Positions 19,195-27,810 of a stretch of 52,839 nucleotides of DNA are shown one piece after another. Position 1 is the stretch's first letter; every line of letters starts with the position of its first letter. The translations under genes were made by a program, and so were the position numbers. The stretch covers positions 1 to 52,839 of the forward strand of contig JAUVBX010000001.1 of NCBI GenBank assembly GCA_030590985.1, written 5' to 3'. A model generated the notes under the pieces. That model worked only from the letters and a program-made list of their open reading frames with translations. It was not told the origin of the DNA and made no database searches. Source of the DNA: Lutibacter sp. GTDB lineage: Bacteria; Bacteroidota; Bacteroidia; Flavobacteriales; Flavobacteriaceae.

Positions 19195-19386
19195 TTATTT
19201 TTTTTTAATGATGCCATAAGCTATGGCAATCATACTTAAAACAAGAATACCACCATCAATAGGTAAACCAGGAGGACCTGGTGGTGGATTTGGAGTAGGA
19301 GGTGTAATATCTTTAGCGTAACTTGAAATTACTGACAACGATAACAGTAATAACAGAAAATATTTATTTTTAAGGAAGGTAGTCAT
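19195..19386 (-). CDS. 63-aa secreted mini-protein: signal peptide + Pro-rich linker + PIDGG-TM-KKK C-terminal tail (sorting-signal-like)
   Basis: MTTFLKNKYFLLLLLSLSVISSYA|KDITPPTPNPPPGPPGLPIDGGILVLSMIAIAYGIIKKK. The track ORF starts at a TTG (19422). I prefer the ATG at 19386 because a TATATTTG box (19412..19419) lies inside the longer ORF. Confidence 0.6.
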   Translation of the reverse strand: MTTFLKNKYFLLLLLSLSVISSYAKDITPPTPNPPPGPPGLPIDGGILVLSMIAIAYGIIKKK

Positions 19387-19411
19387 TGTTGTTTTTCTAA
19401 TCAATAAGCGA

Positions 19412-19419
19412 CAAATATA
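19412..19419 (-). promoter_or_regulatory. Bacteroidota-type -7 promoter box for the mini-protein gene
   Basis: The minus strand reads TATATTTG, 25 nt upstream of the ATG at 19386. Confidence 0.35.
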
Positions 19420-19488
19420 CAAAAATATATAAAGTGGTTATTACCTAATAATTTGGTTCTTTTTCAATTTATAGTACTAATTTTTTTG

Positions 19489-19562
19489 TGGACCCAGAAG
19501 GGCTCGAACCTTCGACCCCCTGATTATGAGTCAGGTGCTCTAACCAGCTGAGCTATGGGTCC
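19489..19562 (-). tRNA. tRNA with anticodon CAT, elongator type. Either Met or lysidine-modified Ile2; not an initiator.
   Basis: 74 nt: GGACCCATAGCTCAGCTGGTTAGAGCACCTGACTCATAATCAGGGGGTCGAAGGTTCGAGCCCTTCTGGGTCCA. Folds into a perfect cloverleaf with a 7-bp acceptor stem, 4-bp D stem, 5-bp anticodon stem with loop CTCATAA, and a 5-bp T stem with TTCGAGC loop. CCA is not encoded. Confidence 0.93.
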
Positions 19563-19574
19563 TTTTTGGAAAGG

Positions 19575-19582
19575 CAAAATTA
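19575..19582 (-). promoter_or_regulatory. Bacteroidota-type -7 promoter box for the tRNA
   Basis: The minus strand reads TAATTTTG, 12 nt upstream of the mature tRNA 5' end. Confidence 0.45.
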
Positions 19583-19694
19583 CATTTTTATTTTGAATAT
19601 ATACAAACTGTTTGTTACTTTTTTATAGTCGATAGAATATGTCTTTGCAAGTGAAATTATATAAGTCTGATAAATTTTTTAAACAAAAGTGAAT

Positions 19695-20252
19695 TTAATG
19701 TAACCAGTTTTTTAAAATTTCTTTTCCATATGGTGTCATTATTGATTCTGGATGGTATTGTACAGCTCTTAAGTCATATTTTTTATGTTTTAAAGACATA
19801 ATTATTCCATCTTGTGATATTGCTGTTTGAATCAATTTATCTGTAAGATTTGTTGTATGCCAAGAATGATATAGACCAACTTGAAAATTCTCAGGAATAT
19901 TCCGATAAATAATATCATTTTTAAAGTGTGAGATACGACAAGTTACACCGTGTTTAACAGTAGATAAAGCTTCTAAATTCCCTCCAAACATTTCAGTAAT
20001 AGCTTGTTGTCCTAAACAAATTCCTAAAATTGATTTTGAAGAAGCATATTGTTTAATAAAGAGATTTAGTTGTCCCGATTCTTTGGGTAAACCAGAGCCT
20101 GGAGAGATGATTATTTTTTGAAATTTATCAACTATTTGACTTTCTATTTTATCATTTCGAATTACAGTAACTTCACAATCTAGTGCTTCAAGATAATGGA
20201 CTAAATTATAGGTGAACGAATCATAATTATCAATTATTAAAACAGAGCACAT
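19695..20252 (-). CDS. pabA: Aminodeoxychorismate/anthranilate synthase component II (glutamine amidotransferase)
   Basis: 185 aa. GICLGQQ (nucleophile Cys) and VQYHPESI (His/Glu). No trp genes are adjacent. Confidence 0.88.
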   Translation of the reverse strand: MCSVLIIDNYDSFTYNLVHYLEALDCEVTVIRNDKIESQIVDKFQKIIISPGSGLPKESGQLNLFIKQYASSKSILGICLGQQAITEMFGGNLEALSTVKHGVTCRISHFKNDIIYRNIPENFQVGLYHSWHTTNLTDKLIQTAISQDGIIMSLKHKKYDLRAVQYHPESIMTPYGKEILKNWLH

Positions 20253-20310
20253 ATTTCTGAAAAAGTATAGAGTTTAATGGTATCTAAGTGGTTTGTTTGA
20301 ATTATTAAAA

Positions 20311-20742
20311 CTATTCAAACCACTGTTTCCAAGGGATCCTACCTAAGATTAACAGCAATGCGATACCATAATAAATAGTAAGTGTTTTAAATTTTGCACC
20401 TGCTTTTTCTTTCTTTTTATGTTTTGAGAATCCTATAGTTATCAGGATAATCGCTAAAATCATTAAAAGAGGATGTTCTACTGTTAATAGGCGTGTTAAG
20501 CTATCTTTCATAGCTGCTCCCATACCAATTTCTTTCATATGTTTATAAGAAGGGGACATAAAATACCAAGCTAAACCTATTAGAAATTGAATATGTGATA
20601 CGATTAATGCAAATAGAGCGATACGTAAATCTTTAGTGTAAAAATTATTTTTGCTAAAAAGGTTCAGTAAAGAGTTTAAAACGGTTGTCAATATTATAGC
20701 AAGTGTTATGTATGCCCAATACGAGTGTAGTTGTAGAATCAT
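20311..20742 (-). CDS. Small integral membrane protein, function unknown
   Basis: 143 aa with four hydrophobic segments. No motif that I recognise. Confidence 0.65.
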   Translation of the reverse strand: MILQLHSYWAYITLAIILTTVLNSLLNLFSKNNFYTKDLRIALFALIVSHIQFLIGLAWYFMSPSYKHMKEIGMGAAMKDSLTRLLTVEHPLLMILAIILITIGFSKHKKKEKAGAKFKTLTIYYGIALLLILGRIPWKQWFE

Positions 20743-20881
20743 TTTTTAGAAGATTAATGAGTTAATTTCGACTATAAAAATATATAATTTTTTTTAGTTA
20801 TTGTGATAAAATCTCTAAAACAAATATTTTTACTTAAAATGTTTAAGTTTTAAAATTTTGTTATACATGTTAAGTAACAAT

Positions 20882-20917
20882 AAAAAAGAGACTATCTATA
20901 AAGGCAGTCTCTTTTTT
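20882..20917 (-). terminator. Rho-independent terminator of the 977-aa T9SS cargo gene
   Basis: AAAAAA-GAGACT-(12 nt)-AGTCTC-TTTTTT, 18 nt after the stop. Confidence 0.6.
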
Positions 20918-20934
20918 ATTTGGTAATTAGAATT

Positions 20935-23868
20935 CTATTCTACAATAATTCGTTTTACTTTACTCATACTTTCATTACCCAATCTAACAATATATACACC
21001 TGGAGTAGTATAAGACATGTTAAGGGGATAGGTATATGATCCATTTTGTTTCTTTAAAGCATGATACACAATTTCTTGACCAAGTATATTGTAAACTTGG
21101 AAAACGAGATTTTCTGTATATACTTCACTAGTTAGAGAAACTTCAAAATGGTTATCTCCCAAAGTTTTAATAATTAAATCGCTAGAATCAATAAAATTAT
21201 CATAAACACCAGCAGAGGTTGTCCCACAGATTTCGAGCCCCCAAGAGTTTAATATTCCGCCATATAGGTCTGAATCATCCGTAATTTCTAAGGTCCAAGT
21301 ACCTAGACCATAAAGTCCGTTAAAGTCGGCTAAACTTCCCTCAGGCTTAAAACTACCTGTAAAAGGAGCTGTACCTGTTGTAATTGGATTTGTAGCATTA
21401 TCATCAAATAATGTATCGATATAATCATGACCATTGCCACCATTATCTGTAGTCAATTCTACTCGAGTTCCATCAGGACTTATCAAGAAAATATCTAAAT
21501 CGCTAACACGGTTGTGATTGAGATCTATTATTACATTAACATCATTAATAATATGATCTTGTGTAATATTAATAAAAGAATTAATAACGTAATCCGCATC
21601 AGGTCCTATCGGTTGGTTTGTGTTGATAGATTTCTCATAACATGTAGAGTTTTCTATTAAGACGCTTAATTCATTATTTAACTCATTAACATCGTCTACT
21701 AAATCAGTTGTTACTGATAAATTATAACCTTGATAAGCAGAAAAATCTCCTTGAGTTACAAAAGAAAAATTTAAACTTGTACCACCAGTCAGAGGTCCAG
21801 CAACCTGTTCCGTTATTGGTGATTGATTGTGTAAGGTATAAGAAATATCAAAATTAGATTGTTCATCCATTCCGAAATTTTCAACTGTAACAGTGATAGT
21901 TTCCATATCCATATTACTTCCTGAAACAGGGGAAATAAAAGCAGTAACCCCAATATCATTATGAGCTATGTGCGTAACTACTTGGGTTACACTATCATTT
22001 GTAGTATCTTCATCACTAGGAAGTGTTGTTTTTACAATTATTGAATAGTTATGTCCTTCTGTAGAGAGGTCAGCAGTTGTGTTAAAAGAAAATTGAGCAG
22101 ATTCAGCAGAAGGGATTGTTCCTGTAAAAGTTTCTGTAACAAAACCTCCTCCATCAATTTGGTAAGACACGTCAAAATTTGATTGAACAGCTTCACCATA
22201 ATTAAAAATAGTAACTGTAACTATTTCAGAATTTGTTAAGGTTCCCGTAACAGGTGAATCAATACTTACAGCACCAAGATCATCGGAGAAATTCGGTGCA
22301 ATTCTGAAAGCACCAATGACACCTTTTCTGCCACTTTTATAATATTCAGTAATAAACCAGAAAGTTTTATCATCAGATGGATCTATATCAATTTTAGGGT
22401 AATCTCCATAGCGTGTTCCAGGAATATTTCCTGTTCCGTTAGCGATTACTTCTTCAGAAATTGTCATAGTATTTAAAGGATCAGCAGCAAATCTTCCTGT
22501 GTAATATGAACTCACTCTAAAATCTGTTGGATTAGGTGTTGTTGGTCCTGCCATTGACGTATATCCCATTCCAATATTACCATGAATGTCCATTATCATA
22601 CTAGCATTCCAAGCATGTTTACCATTTGGAGCAGTATGTGTTCCTTCTTGATATAATGTCCAAGGCATATTATCTGCCGTTTGACGGTATTCGAACCAAC
22701 GAATACCTGCTAATTTACCTGAACTAGCATCTGTATCTATTGTTATATTGAAAACTGCAGAGTTATAAGTTGCAAACTTTCTAAATTGTGCTTGATTCAT
22801 TACAATTGCTTGTAAAGCATCAAGAGCTCCACCACCGTTTGGTTGTGGGAGGTTAGAAAAACTACCTCCATCAAAAACAGATATAAAAGGGGTTGCAGGA
22901 ATTTCTGTCGGTGCAGAAATAGTAGAATTTGCAGGAGTTACCCAATCTACGTCTATCGTCCAATGTTTAATATGATCTGTAGCAACACCTCCATAAGAAT
23001 CATCTTGTAAAAATAAGACTGTTGCGCCGCCAGTAGCAGGCATGTTGCCGTCAGAAACATTAAGAACTTGAGGACTAAAAAAAGCAACACCAGGATTTGG
23101 AATCACAAGACCGGGTAAATTAAAACTTATTATTTGAGCGGCAGGATTTCCTACTAACATTTCATCTCTTTCTAAAGCCCATATTTTATTTGAAGAACTA
23201 GTTTGATCAGTTATATAATATCCATCGCTCCAGATCGATAGTTTTTGATAATCGTTTATCTGTGAAATAGTATAGGTGTACCATCCATTGTTTATTGGAT
23301 CAGGACCATCTGAAACGGCTATTTGTGCGCCACTACCTAAGAAAGTTAGAACCCATCTGTCGGATGCATTATCATAAGAAACGGTTAGATCACAACAACC
23401 TCCATTGGGAAAAATAGTTGGATTAGGAGAGATTTGTCCCGTAAGAGGATTTCCTGCTTTATCATAAATGATAAAACCAGTATTGAATACTACAAAAACA
23501 TGATTAGGACCAATAGCAAGAGATGGATCAGTTGGCATACTGCTTGATGAATAGGCATCAAAAACAAGGCTAGGAGATTTACCAGCAATTTTTTGATTTA
23601 AAGGATGCGGATTTTTTACAAAAAAGTCATTTTCTTTTTGAGGATCCTTTCCAGGAACTACAATACCTCTGGAAGACCTGCCGTCTTTCATTTCTACATT
23701 CTTGGTTCTTGATGGTAAGAGGTTTTGTTGCGAGGAAATAGAAGGGACATGTATCATAGAAGTGACGTTCCCAGTATAAATTGCTTTTGCCCCTTGATTA
23801 TCTTGGGCATACATATTAAATGCAAAAGAAAAAAGTAAGAGTAGTAAAATAGTTTTAATAAATTTCAT
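20935..23868 (-). CDS. T9SS-secreted 977-aa protein: unknown N-terminal ~530-aa domain, two CARDB-like repeats, proprotein-convertase P-domain and a T9SS C-terminal sorting domain
   Basis: Signal peptide MKFIKTILLLLLFSFAFNMYAQ. Two ~95-aa repeats (SPVTGTLTNSEIVTVTIFNYGEAVQSNFDVSYQ... / SPVSGSNMDMETITVTVENFGMDEQSNFDISYT...). P-domain at aa 749-881 (NHNRVSDLDIFLISPDGTRVEL...GTWTLEITDDSDLYGGILNSWGLEIC). C-terminal tail VYNILGQEIV...GVYIVRLGNESMSKVKRIIVE. Confidence 0.88.
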   Translation of the reverse strand: MKFIKTILLLLLFSFAFNMYAQDNQGAKAIYTGNVTSMIHVPSISSQQNLLPSRTKNVEMKDGRSSRGIVVPGKDPQKENDFFVKNPHPLNQKIAGKSPSLVFDAYSSSSMPTDPSLAIGPNHVFVVFNTGFIIYDKAGNPLTGQISPNPTIFPNGGCCDLTVSYDNASDRWVLTFLGSGAQIAVSDGPDPINNGWYTYTISQINDYQKLSIWSDGYYITDQTSSSNKIWALERDEMLVGNPAAQIISFNLPGLVIPNPGVAFFSPQVLNVSDGNMPATGGATVLFLQDDSYGGVATDHIKHWTIDVDWVTPANSTISAPTEIPATPFISVFDGGSFSNLPQPNGGGALDALQAIVMNQAQFRKFATYNSAVFNITIDTDASSGKLAGIRWFEYRQTADNMPWTLYQEGTHTAPNGKHAWNASMIMDIHGNIGMGYTSMAGPTTPNPTDFRVSSYYTGRFAADPLNTMTISEEVIANGTGNIPGTRYGDYPKIDIDPSDDKTFWFITEYYKSGRKGVIGAFRIAPNFSDDLGAVSIDSPVTGTLTNSEIVTVTIFNYGEAVQSNFDVSYQIDGGGFVTETFTGTIPSAESAQFSFNTTADLSTEGHNYSIIVKTTLPSDEDTTNDSVTQVVTHIAHNDIGVTAFISPVSGSNMDMETITVTVENFGMDEQSNFDISYTLHNQSPITEQVAGPLTGGTSLNFSFVTQGDFSAYQGYNLSVTTDLVDDVNELNNELSVLIENSTCYEKSINTNQPIGPDADYVINSFINITQDHIINDVNVIIDLNHNRVSDLDIFLISPDGTRVELTTDNGGNGHDYIDTLFDDNATNPITTGTAPFTGSFKPEGSLADFNGLYGLGTWTLEITDDSDLYGGILNSWGLEICGTTSAGVYDNFIDSSDLIIKTLGDNHFEVSLTSEVYTENLVFQVYNILGQEIVYHALKKQNGSYTYPLNMSYTTPGVYIVRLGNESMSKVKRIIVE

Positions 23869-24139
23869 AAAATAAAAGTTTAATTAGTAAAATAGTTTGT
23901 GTTATAAATCAACAATTTAAATATAAACTCCCTTGATATTTTTTATGTTAATTTCAGTAGATATAAAAGACTATGAGAGTAAAATTGTAATAATTATTTT
24001 TAAATAGTTGTAATTTAATTTGCCAAAACAAGAAACAAAAGTAGCATAATATAATTAAAGATAAAATAATAATGTAACAAAAAACACACACTATTAAAAA
24101 GCTTGTGAATTTGGAAAGATAAAAATTAATTATTTTAAA

Positions 24140-24147
24140 TATATTTG
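24140..24147 (+). promoter_or_regulatory. Bacteroidota-type -7 promoter box
   Basis: TATATTTG, 27 nt upstream of the ATG at 24175. Confidence 0.4.
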
Positions 24148-24174
24148 CTTTAAATAAATCAAAATATAATTATA

Positions 24175-24534
24175 ATGAGATACTTAGGAGTTTTATTATT
24201 ATTTACCGTTTTTTTATCTATAAGTGCTTGTTGCTCAAAAAAAAATAAAACCATAGAGGTATCGAAAGATGAAGTAATAACTGAAAATGAAATGATAGAA
24301 GCAGGGTATAAAAAAGCTACGATTGTCTATTTTGCACAAAAAGAAGCACCTTGTGATTACTTAATACAAGTTGATGATAATACTAATTTATTTGAGCCAC
24401 AAAAGGAGCTAGAAAATGACTTTAAAGAGAATAATAAACCTATATGGATAAAATATCAATTCCAAAGACGAATGAGTAGGTGTGAATCGGCACAACCAAT
24501 AGGGATAATAAGTATAGAAAAAAGAGTAGAATAA
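24175..24534 (+). CDS. Small lipoprotein, function unknown
   Basis: 119 aa. Lipobox LSISAC. Confidence 0.65.
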   Translation: MRYLGVLLLFTVFLSISACCSKKNKTIEVSKDEVITENEMIEAGYKKATIVYFAQKEAPCDYLIQVDDNTNLFEPQKELENDFKENNKPIWIKYQFQRRMSRCESAQPIGIISIEKRVE

Positions 24535-24552
24535 TTACTTCTAAACTTGGTT

Positions 24553-25290
24553 TTATTTTCCAAACATTTTTTTAAGGAGACTTTTTTTCTTTACGGGCTT
24601 TTTATTAGTTCTATCTGAAATTTCATTATTAGTAAGCTTAGAAATATCATAGTTAGAATTGTAATTTGTATTTTTTGATTGAAAATTACGATTTTCATCT
24701 TGTAGACTAGTTATTTGAGAATAGTCTTGTTGTGGTCGTTGCTGGAATGGTTTATCAAACTCAGGATGATTTATACTTAATTCTTCGATAAATTGATTAT
24801 AACTAAGATTACGCTCTTCTAAAAATCCAATTAAGTAGCGTTTTGATACTTCATTATTATCACTTTTTGATTCTATTTTTGAAAGAATTTTATAAAGAGA
24901 ACTGATTTTATGAACAGCATAAGAAGGTGCTGTAATACTTTGGCTATAATGAGCTATTATTTCACCATTATCATCAACTTTTGTTTCAAAGTCAGACATT
25001 AACCAAAAATAGCGCCCATCTTTTGCTAATACTTTGTTGATTAATCGTATAGATTCCTTTTTCTCCAAACGTTCTTTTAGAACATCGTAGATTACATTTG
25101 GCATATCAGGATGACGCAATATATCCATTGATTCACCAATAATTTCAAATTCCTCATAACCACTCAATTCACTGAATGCAAAATTGACATATTCAATGAT
25201 ACCATCAACATTGATTTTACACATTAAAGTTGTTGAAGGATTTACACTTATTTCTCTATCAATAGGAGCTTGATTGGGGTTATTTTTCAT
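24553..25290 (-). CDS. Stand-alone Aer-type PAS domain protein with a low-complexity Q/N-rich, Lys-rich tail
   Basis: 245 aa. Residues ~20-135 are collinear by eye with the E. coli Aer PAS domain (TTLM...SGY...RHPDMP...G.YFW...SLYKIL). There is no HAMP, MCP, kinase or DNA-binding domain after it. Confidence 0.8.
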   Translation of the reverse strand: MKNNPNQAPIDREISVNPSTTLMCKINVDGIIEYVNFAFSELSGYEEFEIIGESMDILRHPDMPNVIYDVLKERLEKKESIRLINKVLAKDGRYFWLMSDFETKVDDNGEIIAHYSQSITAPSYAVHKISSLYKILSKIESKSDNNEVSKRYLIGFLEERNLSYNQFIEELSINHPEFDKPFQQRPQQDYSQITSLQDENRNFQSKNTNYNSNYDISKLTNNEISDRTNKKPVKKKSLLKKMFGK

Positions 25291-25361
25291 GTCAGTTAAT
25301 TTTGGGGTTAAAGTTATGACATGCTAAGTTATAAACATTTTAGTAACAATCAAGTGTTTTT

Positions 25362-27701
25362 TTAAAAGATTTTAAATACTTTTTTTAATTCATTTCCAAA
25401 TTCATCTACTACCGTAACTGTGTGTTTTCCTGTTTTAGGAAAAATTGAGACTTCATGGATGGTTTGTGTAGTTGTTATGTATTTTGTATCTAAATACCAA
25501 AAAATTTTAGTTTCGGGTTGCGTATGTTTTAACTTAATAATAAATGAATTTTTTATCTCTTTAAAATCATTAGGTAAAAAAATTTCTTCATCAGAAAGTG
25601 AATTAACAAATTCCATTGGTATTTTTGAGAGGGATAAACAGTCTATACGATGAGGAGGTAAAGGTTTGTAAAAAGGATTGTGATTTTGGTAATAATAGGC
25701 TTGACTAGGAGGTAATACAAACCAACTTTTATGTTTCATATTTGCTAAAGATTCACAAGAGCTATTTACTTGATATGATTCCGTTTGATCTAAATGAATC
25801 CATTGATGATTGGGACATACTCTTGTTTTAAGTCCTGATCTTGGAATCCAAATGGTATCAATTTCTGTACAAATTGTAGAACTACGATAGCCACTATGTT
25901 TACACGTCTCAATTCTTTCTAACTCGTCATAAGGAGCCGAAAACCATTCTGAATTTGGTAGTATATCAAAAGCATCAAATAGTATTGGAGCTGCTACATT
26001 AATCCCTGTTAACCCAGGTCTTCCTTCACCATCAGCATTTCCTACCCAAACCCCAACTACGTAGTTAGTATTTATACCAATTGCCCAAGCATCACGAAAA
26101 CCAAAACTAGTACCTGTTTTCCAAGCTATAGATTTTGCATCATTGTAAAATTCCCAATTTTCTTCTCCTTCGGGTCTATTAACTTCACGTAGAGTATTAA
26201 AGGTAGTATAAATTGCTCCTGCATCATATAAAGGATATTCATTTGTAATTTCCCCAAAGTCTTCAATTTCATTTTTTAGAAAAGATAAGTTAGCTAACTC
26301 TTTTGTATAGTATTTTCCTTGCGTGGTGTCATAATGTAACAGTGTACTTGCAAGACTAGAATACGCTCTTGTTAAATCCCATAGATTACTTTCTGCTCCT
26401 CCTAAAATTAAAGATAAGCCATAATGGTCAGCTCCTTTAGAAATATTGTGTAATTGTAAAGTTTCTAAATCATGATAAAACCGCTCTATACCGTAAGATT
26501 GTAACATACGTACTGCTGGAATATTAAGTGATCTTGTTAAGGCTTTAGATGCTGGGACAGCTCCGTAATATTTTAAGTTAAAATTTTTGGGTTTGTATCC
26601 CGCAATTTGTGTGGGGATATCAGCTATTAGAGTGTTGGGCAATATTTCACCAGCATTTAACATTGATGTAAATAAAAATGGTTTTAGAATACTACCCGTA
26701 CTTCGAGCTTTATTGATTATATCTACATCTTTTTGATGTTCCTTGTCAGTAGGTGAATTCCCTATATAGGCTTCAATCTTTCGTGTTCTAATATCTATAA
26801 TTAATACAGCTATATTATAAATATGGTTTTGTTTTAATTCTCTATAATGTTGTTCAATAATACTATTTAATTGTTCTTGTAATCTTAAATGGATGCTTGT
26901 TTGAATACGTTGACCGACATATTTTGTTTTAATTTTTTCTAATAAATGGGGTGCTATTCGTGGCAATGAAAATGTTTTTTCAGGTAGTGTTTCTTTGGTC
27001 GCTAAATGATAGGTGAGAGAGTCTATAATTGATTTTTCAAATAATTTTTTTAATAATCTATCTCGTTTAGAAAGAAGTTTTAATCGATTTTTATTAATAC
27101 TTATAAGTCCTGGCGCATTGGGTAAAACTGCTAAGGTGGCATTTTCTGCCCAAGATAAATTTTCAGGATATTGACCAAAATACCGCCAAGCAGCAGCATT
27201 TAAGCCTACTACATTACCACCAAACGGAGCATGCGAGCTGTATAAAGATAGAATTTTATCTTTTGGATAACGAAATTCTAATCTTGTTGCTAACGATAGT
27301 TCAATAAGTTTTTCGTAGTAAGTCCGAGATTTGTTTTTACGTGATAAACGAATTACTTGTTGTGTTAAAGTACTCCCACCTCTTATAACTTTCCCAGCTT
27401 TTCTGTTTTCATTAAAAGCTTTTACTATAGATACTGGATTAAACCCCCAATGTTTAAAGAAATATGCATCTTCATATTGTGTGATACAATGTGTAAATTT
27501 TATAGGAACGCTATCTATTTCAGGAAAACGCCACTGCATGTCTGTTGCGATTTTAGCACCCAATAATTCACCTTCGCGACTATCAATAACTGTGGAAGTA
27601 GGGTCATTGAAAAGTTGTTTGGGTAATGAGAAATAATAAACTACCAATACTAGTATAAGGATTGTTAATTTTATTCTATGTTTATTAAAGTGATTTTTCA
27701 T
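25362..27701 (-). CDS. pbpC: Penicillin-binding protein 1C (bifunctional glycosyltransferase/transpeptidase)
   Basis: 779 aa. GT51 motifs EDAYFFKHWG and GGSTLTQQ. Transpeptidase motifs STGSILKP (SxxK), SLN and KTGTS. C-terminal PBP1C-type extension. Confidence 0.88.
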   Translation of the reverse strand: MKNHFNKHRIKLTILILVLVVYYFSLPKQLFNDPTSTVIDSREGELLGAKIATDMQWRFPEIDSVPIKFTHCITQYEDAYFFKHWGFNPVSIVKAFNENRKAGKVIRGGSTLTQQVIRLSRKNKSRTYYEKLIELSLATRLEFRYPKDKILSLYSSHAPFGGNVVGLNAAAWRYFGQYPENLSWAENATLAVLPNAPGLISINKNRLKLLSKRDRLLKKLFEKSIIDSLTYHLATKETLPEKTFSLPRIAPHLLEKIKTKYVGQRIQTSIHLRLQEQLNSIIEQHYRELKQNHIYNIAVLIIDIRTRKIEAYIGNSPTDKEHQKDVDIINKARSTGSILKPFLFTSMLNAGEILPNTLIADIPTQIAGYKPKNFNLKYYGAVPASKALTRSLNIPAVRMLQSYGIERFYHDLETLQLHNISKGADHYGLSLILGGAESNLWDLTRAYSSLASTLLHYDTTQGKYYTKELANLSFLKNEIEDFGEITNEYPLYDAGAIYTTFNTLREVNRPEGEENWEFYNDAKSIAWKTGTSFGFRDAWAIGINTNYVVGVWVGNADGEGRPGLTGINVAAPILFDAFDILPNSEWFSAPYDELERIETCKHSGYRSSTICTEIDTIWIPRSGLKTRVCPNHQWIHLDQTESYQVNSSCESLANMKHKSWFVLPPSQAYYYQNHNPFYKPLPPHRIDCLSLSKIPMEFVNSLSDEEIFLPNDFKEIKNSFIIKLKHTQPETKIFWYLDTKYITTTQTIHEVSIFPKTGKHTVTVVDEFGNELKKVFKIF

Positions 27702-27810
27702 GTAACTTTAGGATTACACAAAGTTACAAACTAAGATTTGGAAATCTTTAAAAAACTAAACAACAAAATTATAAAATGGTGATTTTGTATCAATAGAATA
27801 GATAGTGTTT

